From Chlorobiota bacterium (GTDB lineage Bacteria > Bacteroidota > Ignavibacteria > Kapaibacteriales > NICIL-2), in NCBI GenBank assembly GCA_044228285.1, contig JBGAVD010000006.1:66077-130076 (forward strand): a DNA stretch of 64,000 nt, written 5' to 3'. Positions 8,511 to 19,006 of this stretch are shown here, in pieces. Under the pieces are notes generated by a model that saw nothing but the letters and a program-made list of their open reading frames with translations, was not told where the DNA came from and did no database searches. Both the position numbers and the translations under genes were made by a program. Each line of letters opens with the position of its first letter. Positions within the stretch are counted from its first letter, which is position 1.

Positions 8511-11500
8511 TTAGTGAACAACCAAGACGCTCTTGCGAAGTATGGTGTTTGCCTTGTGGAGTTCAAGTTGATACATCCCTGACTGTAGCTCCGTTGTCGA
8601 TAGTGTTGCATGGCCAGCGTGTACATCAAGTAAGTGCACGAGACGCCCCATCATGTCATACATACGCAGACTGCATGGCTGAAGCTCATTGCACAGAACT
8701 GTTATCATATCATTTGCTGGCTGAGGAAGTACATACCATTCTGCTTGTTTCTCTGGAGTAGCAACTGGTAGTGGTGATGAGCCGACAGTAGCCAAGACAT
8801 ACTGAGCGGTAGCTGAGCTATCTGCGCCAAACAAGACGGAGCGTTGCATGCTGTCTGCAGCAACGCCGCGACCTGCTGCTAACCAATTGTTACGATGCTC
8901 ATTGCTTGCGCGACGATACAATCTGAATTGTGTAGCATCATGTTGATCTGCATCCGAGATCTCACCAACGCGTAGGAAGCGAATGGAGTCGATGTCCAGC
9001 GCTTTGTTTGCGGGGTAAGCATGAATGATCCAGTAGACTGGTGAACGACGGATTAGTCCGCTTGGCAAGGAGTCAGGCGGCGATTCTAAGCGACTCACCA
9101 CTATGTGTTGTGAGAGTCCAGATGTGCGATAGATCGTTGCTCCTGAAGCAAAGTCGTGCACACCACTGAGCATTGGCGCTTGACTACTCATACCACGTCC
9201 AACTGGTGCGGTGGAGCGTACCAAGACAGCTCCTGAGTTGTCGGCATGTGCTGTGCCATAACGACTATAGATGCGAGTTGGATCCGCTTCGTTAAACTGA
9301 TAGTAGGCAACTGGTGGCTCAAGCTGAGGGAGGTTGTCCAAACTCGTTCCCTGCTCATAGAGCAAGTGCATACGTGCTCGAACTTCCGAGCTATCAAGGA
9401 CGCGGTTAAAGATTTGCAGCTCCTCGATCTGTCCGCGGTAGTTTCCACCTTGACCTGGCAGACCTCCTCCAATCTCCCACGGTGTTGCGCTCAGATCAAA
9501 ATGCTCGAAGTCTGCCGACGCATTCGTGTAGGCCCAAGGCACACCATTAGCGTAGAGTGTTACTCGATCTTTCGCAACCGTTATCGCCACATGCACCCAT
9601 TCTTGCACGGGAAGGTTGAAGGCAGAGGTCAATTGATAGGGCACGTTCTTCCAATAGAAGGTCAGATTGGTATTAGCACGATAGCCTTGGAAGGAGAAGC
9701 CAAAGGAGAAGCCGACATCACTTGCCCAGTTGGAGAGAATCTGTGAGAATGAGCTTTGAATGGTATCAAGCTTCAACCAACAACACACGCTGAGTCCGCT
9801 GTGTTTTTTGAGTTGAGGGATCGCAGCGATGCTGAGCATATCGTTCTTCGCACCCAGGTCTGCTGCTTTGTCTGCAACGCTATCAACTCCACAGATCGAA
9901 GGCAGTACTTGTACCATAGCGCTTATAGTCTTGGAGCTCTTGCCATAGTCGTTCGAGACCTCCAAGCTCACTGCATACGAACCTGGCTTCGAGTAAATCA
10001 CCTTCGGATTCTGAATCGTGCTATCGCTTACATAGATAGCACCAGGGAAGGACCAATGCCAGCGTGCATTTGCGCGTTCCAGCACAGAGTAATCATCAAA
10101 GTAGAAGGTATCACGTTCACAGGCTGTAAAGCGCTTGTCAACGCAAGGTTGTGCTTCTGGCTTCGAGTGTTCATAGAGAGGAGCTTCCCATATACCCAGG
10201 GTTGAACCTGTGCGCAGTTTGTTATCACGATAGAAGGCCTTCATACCACGTGTGAACAGTGCGTATGGCAGACCACTGCCATGCAGTTCCCAATCGCTCA
10301 TATCGGCATTGCGATAGAAGACTCGACCATTGTGCGAAGCGAGGTACACACCTTCGTTTGTTCCGTGTTGCATGATAAGGTCTGAAACACCATATGCTCC
10401 AATCGTAGGCGTGGTCATGTTCTTCCAGCTGTTTCCGCCGTCGCTGGTTCGGAAAACAACATTCGATGGTCGACCATTCAAGAGCACGGCATAGAGAATG
10501 TTCTCGTTTGAAGAGCTGAGACTAATGCGCATAACGCGTCGTTGGCCTCCGCTTGTTCCCGGGAAGGGCTTGAGTTCTGTCCACGTTAGACCCTCATCAA
10601 CAGTCTTCCATATTTTTCCATCCTGCATTGCATTACTTCTCTGCGACACATACATCACTTTGGGATTAGAGCGAGAAATCTCAATGTGTTGAATGACAGC
10701 TCCATTATCAGGCGAGCTCCACACTTTGGAGTAGCTACGAGCGTTGTTTACACTTCGATAAAGGGAATTCGACGAGCCAATCCAAACGGTTGAGGCGCAG
10801 CGCGGATCCCACACCATTTGACTGTACTCCATTGGATAATAGCTTTCATTTGGGAACATACCTACGCTGAAGGAAGACGTGCGGCCAGCGTTATCTATAG
10901 GCAAGTCAACTCCACCGATATCAGAGTGGTAGGTGTGTCGGGCGTTCATTGGGTTGACATATCCAGTGGCCGCTTCGCCGCCACCGAGACGAAAGAAGCT
11001 ACTGCCGTAACCTTCTCTCCAAGCGGTATTTCCATTATGGTAACGTCCGCCAACCATCACATCCTCATTCCATCCACAATCAAAGCCCCAGAAGTCGGCA
11101 CCGTTCAGACCAGACGTACGTACATCCCAGTTTTTATCGAAGAGGTCGTTGGAGTAGTTGAAACCACCATCAGTGGCGACATAACAATCAGCACCCATGC
11201 ATTTCATTTCCTGGATGTCAGGGTGCAGAGAAAAGGTACCTGTATAACCACCGATAGCAACCGGAAACGTGTTCGCCCCATCGCTTGAGCGATAGGCTGT
11301 TGTAGTTCCAACGATGACCAAATTCGCGTCGATGTGCGATGCAGCGATGCTCAAATCATAGTAGCCCTGTCCATTGCTCATGCGCAGCGTATCCGTGTTA
11401 CCGCGAGCGCTCACCCGCCAATGTTCGCCGGCATCATCGGAACGGAGGATGTAGGGTCGGGACGAGTCGCCGAGTAAGACCGCATAAATGCGTTGTGGAT

Positions 11501-12491
11501 CTGCAGGGCTCACTGTCATACGTCCAGCTCCCTCAGTACCAACATTCGTCAGCCAACCGTTAGCACGTATGCTGAAATTCAAACCACCATCTACAGATTT
11601 CCAGAATTCATAATGCTTGCCACTGGCATCAATGCGAAGGGTGTACACTTCATTGTGGTTTGCTGCATTGCTCTCGAGTTCGCAGCAGGTTCTATCGAGG
11701 GTTTTCGACCAGGTTGCACCTGCATCGCTACTGCGATAGAAGCCTTGGTTTGTTGCGGCGTAGAGAATTGTCGGCTGGTTCGCATGGACTTCTATATCAT
11801 ACACCCACAAGTTCGCCTGTTTCCAAATGGAGGTCCATGTTGTACCGCCATCAGCCGTCTTCACAACCCCACCATTGATACCAACATACACGACATTAGG
11901 ATTGCTCGGGTGTATAGCAACCGCTTCTGAGTTCGAGTATATACCTGGTTCAAGTTGCTGCCATTGCTGACCCTTATTTGTTGACTTAAAGAAACCTCCG
12001 GTTTCACTCACTGCATAGAGAATGGAGGGATTGCTTTTTGAAATATCAAAAGCATAGACGTTGCATTGCCAAGGCAAGAGCTTCGGTGGACTCGTTGAAC
12101 TCGCAGGTTGATAGGTTTCCATGGGACCCAGTGGCTTCCATTGGACACCTGCTGTTGGGCTCAGTCGTTGCTTTTCGCGCAGAACTGGAAGTGCAGAGGT
12201 CTCAGGCTGCTCGCGCAGAACTCCATCCGTCTGTATATAAGGCAGTGCCAAGCGTCGAAGACGTTTGTAGTACTTGGTATAGTTGTCTTTGACAAAAGGG
12301 TGCGAAGCATAAAAGGCTTCATAGGCACTATCGACTTTCCATATGTTCAGTGGTGTGGCGTACAGATGTCTGGTCCACTCTGGCGCACCATCTTGCTGCT
12401 TTGGCACATTGAGTGGTGCAATGAACTGTGCAGAAGCCATGAATGAACTCAGCACAAGTGTGAACAACAGAACTATCCGAAAGTGTTTCAT
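8511..12491 (-). CDS. Secreted BNR/Asp-box beta-propeller (VPS10/GH74-like) protein with PKD, LamG-like domain and T9SS C-terminal domain
   Basis: Signal peptide ..MASA-Q; many SxDGGxxW Asp-boxes; WHWSFPG..NPKVIYSKPGSYAVSL (PKD); WVHVAIT..LYANG..GQIEELQIFNRVL (LamG); C-terminal PQPAND..YDMMGR..GMY..VLVVH. Confidence 0.85.
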   Translation of the reverse strand: MKHFRIVLLFTLVLSSFMASAQFIAPLNVPKQQDGAPEWTRHLYATPLNIWKVDSAYEAFYASHPFVKDNYTKYYKRLRRLALPYIQTDGVLREQPETSALPVLREKQRLSPTAGVQWKPLGPMETYQPASSTSPPKLLPWQCNVYAFDISKSNPSILYAVSETGGFFKSTNKGQQWQQLEPGIYSNSEAVAIHPSNPNVVYVGINGGVVKTADGGTTWTSIWKQANLWVYDIEVHANQPTILYAATNQGFYRSSDAGATWSKTLDRTCCELESNAANHNEVYTLRIDASGKHYEFWKSVDGGLNFSIRANGWLTNVGTEGAGRMTVSPADPQRIYAVLLGDSSRPYILRSDDAGEHWRVSARGNTDTLRMSNGQGYYDLSIAASHIDANLVIVGTTTAYRSSDGANTFPVAIGGYTGTFSLHPDIQEMKCMGADCYVATDGGFNYSNDLFDKNWDVRTSGLNGADFWGFDCGWNEDVMVGGRYHNGNTAWREGYGSSFFRLGGGEAATGYVNPMNARHTYHSDIGGVDLPIDNAGRTSSFSVGMFPNESYYPMEYSQMVWDPRCASTVWIGSSNSLYRSVNNARSYSKVWSSPDNGAVIQHIEISRSNPKVMYVSQRSNAMQDGKIWKTVDEGLTWTELKPFPGTSGGQRRVMRISLSSSNENILYAVLLNGRPSNVVFRTSDGGNSWKNMTTPTIGAYGVSDLIMQHGTNEGVYLASHNGRVFYRNADMSDWELHGSGLPYALFTRGMKAFYRDNKLRTGSTLGIWEAPLYEHSKPEAQPCVDKRFTACERDTFYFDDYSVLERANARWHWSFPGAIYVSDSTIQNPKVIYSKPGSYAVSLEVSNDYGKSSKTISAMVQVLPSICGVDSVADKAADLGAKNDMLSIAAIPQLKKHSGLSVCCWLKLDTIQSSFSQILSNWASDVGFSFGFSFQGYRANTNLTFYWKNVPYQLTSAFNLPVQEWVHVAITVAKDRVTLYANGVPWAYTNASADFEHFDLSATPWEIGGGLPGQGGNYRGQIEELQIFNRVLDSSEVRARMHLLYEQGTSLDNLPQLEPPVAYYQFNEADPTRIYSRYGTAHADNSGAVLVRSTAPVGRGMSSQAPMLSGVHDFASGATIYRTSGLSQHIVVSRLESPPDSLPSGLIRRSPVYWIIHAYPANKALDIDSIRFLRVGEISDADQHDATQFRLYRRASNEHRNNWLAAGRGVAADSMQRSVLFGADSSATAQYVLATVGSSPLPVATPEKQAEWYVLPQPANDMITVLCNELQPCSLRMYDMMGRLVHLLDVHAGHATLSTTELQSGMYQLELHKANTILRKSVLVVH

Positions 12492-12605
12492 CCTATCCCC
12501 TTTTCTTGGTGAAGCGGCAAAATACTGAAGACTGAGGGTACGTTGGATGTGAGGCTACTGCGGTCGGCGCTCTGAGATGGATTTTCCAGTCTACAGCTAA
12601 CGAGT

Positions 12606-13372
12606 CTAGCTTGTCACTGCCGTTGCCGCAACGTATCCAATAGCGTCGCGCTTGAAGAGTGCAAAGTCGTATTGCGCTTCACCGTTGAAAGTGACAAATC
12701 GCCGGTCATCCACGTAGAGTTGACCGAGGCCTGCATATTGCTCGGCTTGTTTGTCACTGCTGTTGCTTGTACCCAAGAATGTGCGGATGTTCTGGTAGTG
12801 TCGGTTAACCAGATCTTGTACCAGTTGTGACATAGGATTCTCGTTTCGCAATGCAAACAGTGCATTCCGTATCTCGTTTTGCTCCTCGATGAGCAAGCTG
12901 TACTAGCTTTCTGACATGCTGAGCTAAGCCTTCTCGGATTGCTCAACTTAGCGGTTTCGGTATTCCTCTACGGCTTCGTCGCGTATCGCTTGTGCCTGGG
13001 TACAAATGAAGCCTTGATCGAGTTTATGTGGCTCCATGATAACGTGTCCTTGAAGTCGGTGAAGAGTTGGCTCAATTGCACCTAACAACGCGTTTAGTCA
13101 ATCACACTCCTGCTCAAGCCGCAGAGCATGTTGCTTTAGTGCTGTTGCGAGGTCAAACGAACATAGAGGATGCGCGCAATTTCCATTAAATGAAAATCGA
13201 GTTCCTGCTAAGAAAGAAGTTGCTGCAACCTCGAGAGCTCCTATTCACCATAAAGTCGGTAGTCAGCTAAGCTACGCGACTCCAGTTATTATCGTCTCTC
13301 CTTACCGTAAAGGTGCAGCATACGCATAATGATCCCTTTGCTATCGCCGACCTTTTGTACTGTGTATCGTAT
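12606..13372 (-). pseudogene. Decayed MerR-family (TipA/Mta-like) regulator with TipAS C-terminal domain
   Basis: The 5' part translates as RYTVQKVGDSKGIIMRMLHLYGKERR**LESRSLADYRLYGE*ELSRLQQLLS*QELDFHLMEIARI, a MerR HTH with stops. The 3' fragment VQDLVNRHY..YAGLGQLYVDDRRF..FALFKRDAI is TipAS-like. Confidence 0.8.
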
Positions 13373-13513
13373 AGTGACCGTGGTGCAATGTGACGTAAAA
13401 GACTGTGCTGAGGAGTTCGAGAGCAAGACTATTGTCTGACCTTAGGTGAGGTTCTTGAGAATAATGTGATGAAGAAAAAGGTATCGGAGGCTAGTGCTTA
13501 TGAGAGTTGTAGC

Positions 13514-13603
13514 TACCAGGTTCGCGGATCGCGCGGATGACACAGATCTGATCGGCGAATTCAGTGGCTGCCTGGTACTGCGGATACCGCAGATGACACG
13601 GAT
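13514..13603. repeat. Short REP-like element with 9-bp-period (C/T)(G/A)C(G/A)GAT motifs
   Basis: Heptamers at 13523/13532/13541 and 13579/13588/13597; TACCAGG (13514) and CCTGGTA (13571) form an inverted pair; lies just past the DUF1566 gene stop. Confidence 0.55.
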
Positions 13604-13619
13604 TTGTTACAATCTGAAC

Positions 13620-14840
13620 CTACCAGTGTAGAACGGCAAACGTCAATCTCCTACTCGTGGTTTTACTATTCAATATCAGTATGTAGATGCCGTTATTCAA
13701 GTCTCGACAATCAACACGCGATTGTGCAACGCCGTCGTATACAAGCGTTCCAAGCATATCAACGACTTGCATTTGCACGTCATTCAACTGAGTTTCATGA
13801 GGTACTACTAAGTATTCACTAGCTGGATTGGGATATACACCCATCACGCCCTGATCGCTTTGCAGCACATCAGTTCTTGAGTCACCTCCTCGCACGCAGA
13901 TCACTGCATGTTTGAGTGTCTTGGGATCATAGGAACTCAAACCGAAGGACCTCATGTCAACAAACCAGGCATTCGCGCTTTGTTTGTACTGAGCAGTGGA
14001 GGACCAGTAGCGAGTTGATAGTGTATTGACAAAGAGGTTTGTATACATGGCCGGCGCATTACGGGTACGGTCAACGATGCTGCACAGCTCTTTAACGTTT
14101 GGCAAACGCCAGTCGCTATGTCCGGCAGCCGTGAGGTTCTCTGCAGTACTCAATGCTTGCTCCCAACTGAGGGTGTCCGTCGAGAGTACCTTCTGCCACA
14201 TCAAGTCCGTTAGCTTGTCGCTGATGGTACCGTCTCCGTTGTCAACGAAGTGATCAACCACGGGAACAGCGTTGGCATCGCGCACAGCTCGCACATGAAA
14301 TTTCTTGTTACCGCCAGCACTAATCGTTTCTGTTTTCTGGTGCGCTCCGGATCCTCCTCCACTATTCGTCACCCATACTTTGTTGGCGTCGTTGTATTGT
14401 CGCTCGGAGGTCCACCAATATTCAGCAGAGGCTGCACTAAACACCGACACATCCATTGCGGGATTCAATCGATCGAGATTTACGATGCTTAGTGCCTCAA
14501 GAAGGGTTGGGAGACGCCAGTTGGTGTAGCCGGCGAGACTAAGCGTGTCGACGTATGTCTGCGCGCTCTCGACCGACATCTCACCGCCGTCTTCTCTCTG
14601 CCACATGAGTGTCGTCACGGTATCCGTCACTGTTCCATCACTATGCACTTGATAGACCGGCATGTTGATGCGATAATCACTGTCTTCACCAAAGGTTGCA
14701 GTATTATTCGTGGTCTGTCCACTATCTGGCCAACGCACCATGCTTTTGGCTACTTGCTGCGCAGAAAGGTCTAATGAGCACAGACCGAACGCTACGAGCA
14801 CTATGATAGATATTGGACGAAAGAGCTGTTGATCGAACAT
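13620..14840 (-). CDS. Secreted protein with two DUF1566 (Lcl C-terminal-like) domains and T9SS C-terminal domain
   Basis: Two copies of DGT(V/I)xD..T.LMWQ..W/V..A..GY/H.(N/D)WRLP..E..YW(W/S)S..VR; signal peptide; YPNPAS..GIYIL C-terminus. Confidence 0.88.
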   Translation of the reverse strand: MFDQQLFRPISIIVLVAFGLCSLDLSAQQVAKSMVRWPDSGQTTNNTATFGEDSDYRINMPVYQVHSDGTVTDTVTTLMWQREDGGEMSVESAQTYVDTLSLAGYTNWRLPTLLEALSIVNLDRLNPAMDVSVFSAASAEYWWTSERQYNDANKVWVTNSGGGSGAHQKTETISAGGNKKFHVRAVRDANAVPVVDHFVDNGDGTISDKLTDLMWQKVLSTDTLSWEQALSTAENLTAAGHSDWRLPNVKELCSIVDRTRNAPAMYTNLFVNTLSTRYWSSTAQYKQSANAWFVDMRSFGLSSYDPKTLKHAVICVRGGDSRTDVLQSDQGVMGVYPNPASEYLVVPHETQLNDVQMQVVDMLGTLVYDGVAQSRVDCRDLNNGIYILILNSKTTSRRLTFAVLHW

Positions 14841-14918
14841 GTTGATGCATTGGAATTAACAGTTAACAGCAGCACGGAACGCGATGCACTTTGAAAAGAC
14901 TCTTGAGAAGAAGCCCCC

Positions 14919-15530
14919 TTATATCCACAAGAGCATTGCTCGCTCTATGCACCAAAATAATGCGATGGCTGCTACAGCACTGTTTATTGGACGCAGAAGG
15001 GTTGAGGTTTCCTTGCGCAGCAGCGTCCACAACGCAAGGAGCGTCGCGCTACAGAGGATGACAACGACTTGCGCAAGTTCAACGCCAATATTGAAGCCAA
15101 CCAGTGTTGGAGCGAGCTCGCTGCCACTCAGACCTAGGTTTGCCAAACCAGTTGCAAAGCCGAGTCCGTGGAAAAGCCCAAACGCAAAGATCATCAATCC
15201 TCGCAGCCACTTCGTTGCTGACTGCGCTTCCAAAGTGGTATTGCTGAGATTCATCAGCGCAATAACAACTATGGAAAGTGCTATTATTGGCTCAACAATG
15301 TGACTGGAAACATGCACGAATCCCAATGTTGATAAAGCGAGAGTGCAGCTATGCGCAAGTGTAAAAATGGAACAGAGTACGAGACTGCTTCGCAAGCGCG
15401 CCGTCATGAGCGTCAGCGAAAGAATAAACAGTATATGATCAATGCCGCGCGGTAGCACATGCATGAATCCTTGGACAGCCGATGTTTCAAAGAGTGTTCC
15501 CATGCTATTCAATGAATAACTTCTTGACAT
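14919..15530 (-). CDS. HupE/UreJ-family membrane protein
   Basis: GFMHVL..GIDHILF, FTLAHS, VEPIIALSI, FGLFHGLGFA, GFNIGVELAQ. Overlaps the upstream gene end; the true start may be the M at ~15503. Confidence 0.9.
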   Translation of the reverse strand: MSRSYSLNSMGTLFETSAVQGFMHVLPRGIDHILFILSLTLMTARLRSSLVLCSIFTLAHSCTLALSTLGFVHVSSHIVEPIIALSIVVIALMNLSNTTLEAQSATKWLRGLMIFAFGLFHGLGFATGLANLGLSGSELAPTLVGFNIGVELAQVVVILCSATLLALWTLLRKETSTLLRPINSAVAAIALFWCIERAMLLWI

Positions 15531-17112
15531 AGGTCTTACGTACGGTGCTCAAGCAGTAGAGATACAATCCCTTGCCCAAACCGCTGAGTTCAATCTGCTC
15601 TTCGAAATTCTGTGCGCTATACACACGCTCACCTGCGCAATTGTACAAGCTCACAGATTGCACGGTAGTTGCGGGGATACTACTCCCGAGTTGTACTCGA
15701 CACCGCGCACTCGCTGGGTTTGGGAGGAGATGAAGGTCAACACTCAGGTCTTCATTGTCATCGACGCCGCTTACACTCAAGCACGGGGCCGAACTCTTAT
15801 ATGTCGAAGTTGTGGTAGAGCCATTGGGACTTATGAAGTTGAAGGTATAGTTGCCGTTAGCAGTCCATGAATAAGCAACCTTGTAAGTACCTCCGTTGAG
15901 AGTATAACTCAACGTATATCCCATCGTTCCATTCGGCGTACAATCAGTGATCACCGCACCTTTGAGCGGCGTGAGTGATGGGCGCACAGGATGCGCAGCT
16001 GCTTGTGGAACAATTTGATGCGTGGTGTCTTCAGTCACTTGTCCCACCATTGTTGCAACCATATATGGTTTTGCTTGCGTTCCATGATAGTGATATACAC
16101 CATCATTACCGAGGTGCCCGTGATTAGCATCGAGTGATTGCATCGCCGTTCCATCAGGTTCATACGCTCCATACACAGCAAAGCCATCGAGGGCAAAAGC
16201 AATGGGAAGTGTTTTTGGACTCGTGCCATACAGGTGTAATGGAGCAACGTGGTAGTGGTAATCGTCGGCGCGGCCGCAGTGCCCGCCCCAGTTATCCAAC
16301 TGCCCATCGACCAAAGCATCCACCCCTGTGTTTGTATAAGGATTAAAAATGGATATGCCATTCACCGCCAAAGCAATTGCTCCGCGCGAGAAATGATCGG
16401 CATTCACAGGAATCGGGCTCGCCGACATCACTGGGTTCAGAGGAATACTCCATGCATTGCTTCCTGTGTAGCACTGCGGTAGCGGCACTTGCTGCTGCCA
16501 ACCCGTAATGCCAGCCATCATTGGGTGCTCCGGAATACCATTGTTTTCAACGAGGTAGTATTGTGTGTTCCACGAGGTAACAAGGTGTTTTTTGTACGGC
16601 GCAAATGCGGAATCGAGAAAGGCAGTGCTAGTCTTTGATAGACGCAGCGCAACGCGTTCACGAAAGCCATAGAAGCTTGCGATGGTGGCAATTAGACCAA
16701 GCGTCAACACCAATCGACGTTGCTTGTATGAGAGCAATGTTAGTGCGAGCACAAGGGCTACGAAGACGAATCCAAGCATCTGTGCAAGGATTTGTTCATC
16801 GCTAACTTTTGCGCTACTCAGCTCCGAGTTGAATTCACGATTGATGGTTGCGATGCGTGCGTATCGCTGAAGCACATACTGCTGATCAGCATCGCAGAGA
16901 TCACTGAGTTGTACTCGTTGAATATGCGTAGCATCAATCTCTAAACTCACGTTTTGGTCTTTCAACATGAGCAGCGAGGCTTGTAGCGCTGTGCCATTGC
17001 GCAGGGTCCACGAGCGGACGGCAATCGTGCCAATGCCGGCTGTGTGGGCATGCAGGACACTACCAACGCACAGGATGGCAATGATGAGGCAGAGAGTGAA
17101 TCGAGTTTTCAT
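15505..17112 (-). CDS. YHYH-domain protein with N-terminal SHD1-like domain, two internal hydrophobic segments and T9SS C-terminal domain
   Basis: GIPEH, GAIALAVNG, DNWGGHCGRADDYHYH, FALDGFAVYG, LDANHGH..YHYHG; N-terminal RSWT..LSDLCDADQQYV; C-terminal LPNPAS..KGLY..KKLFIE. Confidence 0.88.
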   Translation of the reverse strand: MKTRFTLCLIIAILCVGSVLHAHTAGIGTIAVRSWTLRNGTALQASLLMLKDQNVSLEIDATHIQRVQLSDLCDADQQYVLQRYARIATINREFNSELSSAKVSDEQILAQMLGFVFVALVLALTLLSYKQRRLVLTLGLIATIASFYGFRERVALRLSKTSTAFLDSAFAPYKKHLVTSWNTQYYLVENNGIPEHPMMAGITGWQQQVPLPQCYTGSNAWSIPLNPVMSASPIPVNADHFSRGAIALAVNGISIFNPYTNTGVDALVDGQLDNWGGHCGRADDYHYHVAPLHLYGTSPKTLPIAFALDGFAVYGAYEPDGTAMQSLDANHGHLGNDGVYHYHGTQAKPYMVATMVGQVTEDTTHQIVPQAAAHPVRPSLTPLKGAVITDCTPNGTMGYTLSYTLNGGTYKVAYSWTANGNYTFNFISPNGSTTTSTYKSSAPCLSVSGVDDNEDLSVDLHLLPNPASARCRVQLGSSIPATTVQSVSLYNCAGERVYSAQNFEEQIELSGLGKGLYLYCLSTVRKTYVKKLFIE

Positions 17113-17222
17113 GTTCGTTCCTTAGTGTGTGCTTAGACACTCATTGTCATTGATCTTCAGCAGACTTTTCTTACGCGTGCGCGTTGTGGCGAGTTCCAAA
17201 CCGTTCAGCAGCAACAAGCCAC

Positions 17223-18983
17223 TTAGTGACGAACGATGACGGTCATGCTTTGTCGACCGGCCTTTGACGTAACAAGCTCACAGATGTAGCTGCCTTCCGG
17301 AACCGCGACGCTATTGTCGTCTGTGCCATCCCACAACATCGTGAAGTTCCCGGCATCACAACACATGTTGTTGGCAAGGGTGCAGACTAGGCGACCTTCC
17401 GTGCTGAATACTCGTACGCTCAACGATTGTGGTTCTTTGATGCTGAACTGGATATGTGCGGGACCGGCTGTTGGATTTGGGTACACGAGTTCGTCTGCAT
17501 AGTCGCTATTCCAGAGAATAGGAACGGAGCTGCTGAGCGAATCATAGCAGTTGCGCTTTCCGATGTAGTATGAAGCAGAGACGTCTTTGTTATGTCGTGT
17601 TGCGTTTTCGCTTGCGCTGAGATACGCGCGCACGTAGTCGACCTTTACGCCTTCTGAGGAAACATTCACGCGGAGGTGTCCGGCGTTCGGAAGAATCGTT
17701 CCTTCAAAGTACCCATAGTCTTTTGCTTGATTCGCAGATTGGAAGTTAGGTAAGCTCGGTTGCGGACACTCCTGATAAATCAAACAGTCCTTTTTCTGTT
17801 GTCCGAAAAAATGGTCATGTCCATGAAAGAATGCGGTAACGCGGTGTTCTGTCAATAACTCTTTAATCGGCTTGTACCAACCTGGTCTATTCGCTGCAAA
17901 TCCCTCTGTACCATCTAAGTTCTTTCCACCCCATTCATAGAAGTTTGCAAACTCTACGCCACCACGACCATTAGGATCACCGCCGATTATCTGATGAGCA
18001 AACACAAAAGTGAATGGCGATGAGTTTGCTTCCAACGTGCGTTTGAGCCAATCATATTGCACCTTACCCAGTGTCCAACGCCAGCCATGGAGTGAGTCAG
18101 GTTTAGGAGAAGTGTACCAATAGGGATCGAGTACTATGAAGAGTGCATCGCCCCAATGCCATGCGTAGTAGTTCTCGCGTTGTCCGACGAAAGGATGCAC
18201 GATGGTATCGCCAGTGTAGAAGTCATTTGGTGCGGGATTTGGGAAGAACTTCTTACGATCATTCGTTCCCCAAACCGCAACGTTTTCTGTTTTGCCATTG
18301 AGGTTCCAACCAGATTCCCCTTCGTGATTTCCCAGGCTTATATACAGCGGTACACTGTGACAGATTCCTTCGTAAAAGGAGCGCAACAGGCGGGAGCGGG
18401 AAGTTACTGTATCGTGTGTTAGCTGTCCGGCGGTGTTCTTCAACTTATCCGACATCAAGAAGTCACCAAGATCAAGCATGAAGTCCGGTTGATCATCGAG
18501 TTGGTTTTGGAGACAGCGACGATATAACGTTGAATCACTGTTTTCATCTAAGTGTGGATCGGCTTGAATGACAAAGTTGAAACTGGAACCTGCTTTGCGT
18601 GCTGTGTGGAAGGTGTGTTCCGGACGCAGCGTGCTATCACTTGCACCCGGCTTGCGATAACAAACACGATAGTAATACATCGCATCAGCTAACAAGTTCT
18701 CGAGCAAGATCTTTGTGGAACTGTCTGCCAGGGCGCTTTGCCATGCGGTTTGCGTTGTGTACGCACCACTAGTCGTGCCAAAAAGCACCTTGATTTCTGC
18801 TTCCTCGTTAAACAGACAATGGACAGTTATGCTATGATCTGTTGGTCGCGCAATCATCTCCGTATGACGCAACTTCTGCGACTGTGCAGCCTGTACGAGT
18901 ATAAGGATCATTGCGAGATAGATCACTATCGATAGCATCGAGAATGTGCTTCTTTGCTGTACCCGGCTGGTGATGGTCTTCAT
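17223..18983 (-). CDS. Secreted calcineurin-like metallophosphoesterase (FN3-like N-terminus, T9SS/FlgD-type C-terminus)
   Basis: ADPH, LGD, GNHE, FAH, HGHDH motifs; signal peptide ..AQS-Q; YPNPT..WDGTD..GSY. Confidence 0.88.
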   Translation of the reverse strand: MKTITSRVQQRSTFSMLSIVIYLAMILILVQAAQSQKLRHTEMIARPTDHSITVHCLFNEEAEIKVLFGTTSGAYTTQTAWQSALADSSTKILLENLLADAMYYYRVCYRKPGASDSTLRPEHTFHTARKAGSSFNFVIQADPHLDENSDSTLYRRCLQNQLDDQPDFMLDLGDFLMSDKLKNTAGQLTHDTVTSRSRLLRSFYEGICHSVPLYISLGNHEGESGWNLNGKTENVAVWGTNDRKKFFPNPAPNDFYTGDTIVHPFVGQRENYYAWHWGDALFIVLDPYWYTSPKPDSLHGWRWTLGKVQYDWLKRTLEANSSPFTFVFAHQIIGGDPNGRGGVEFANFYEWGGKNLDGTEGFAANRPGWYKPIKELLTEHRVTAFFHGHDHFFGQQKKDCLIYQECPQPSLPNFQSANQAKDYGYFEGTILPNAGHLRVNVSSEGVKVDYVRAYLSASENATRHNKDVSASYYIGKRNCYDSLSSSVPILWNSDYADELVYPNPTAGPAHIQFSIKEPQSLSVRVFSTEGRLVCTLANNMCCDAGNFTMLWDGTDDNSVAVPEGSYICELVTSKAGRQSMTVIVRH

Positions 18984-19006
18984 TACAGATTGTGAAAGTT
19001 GATGTA

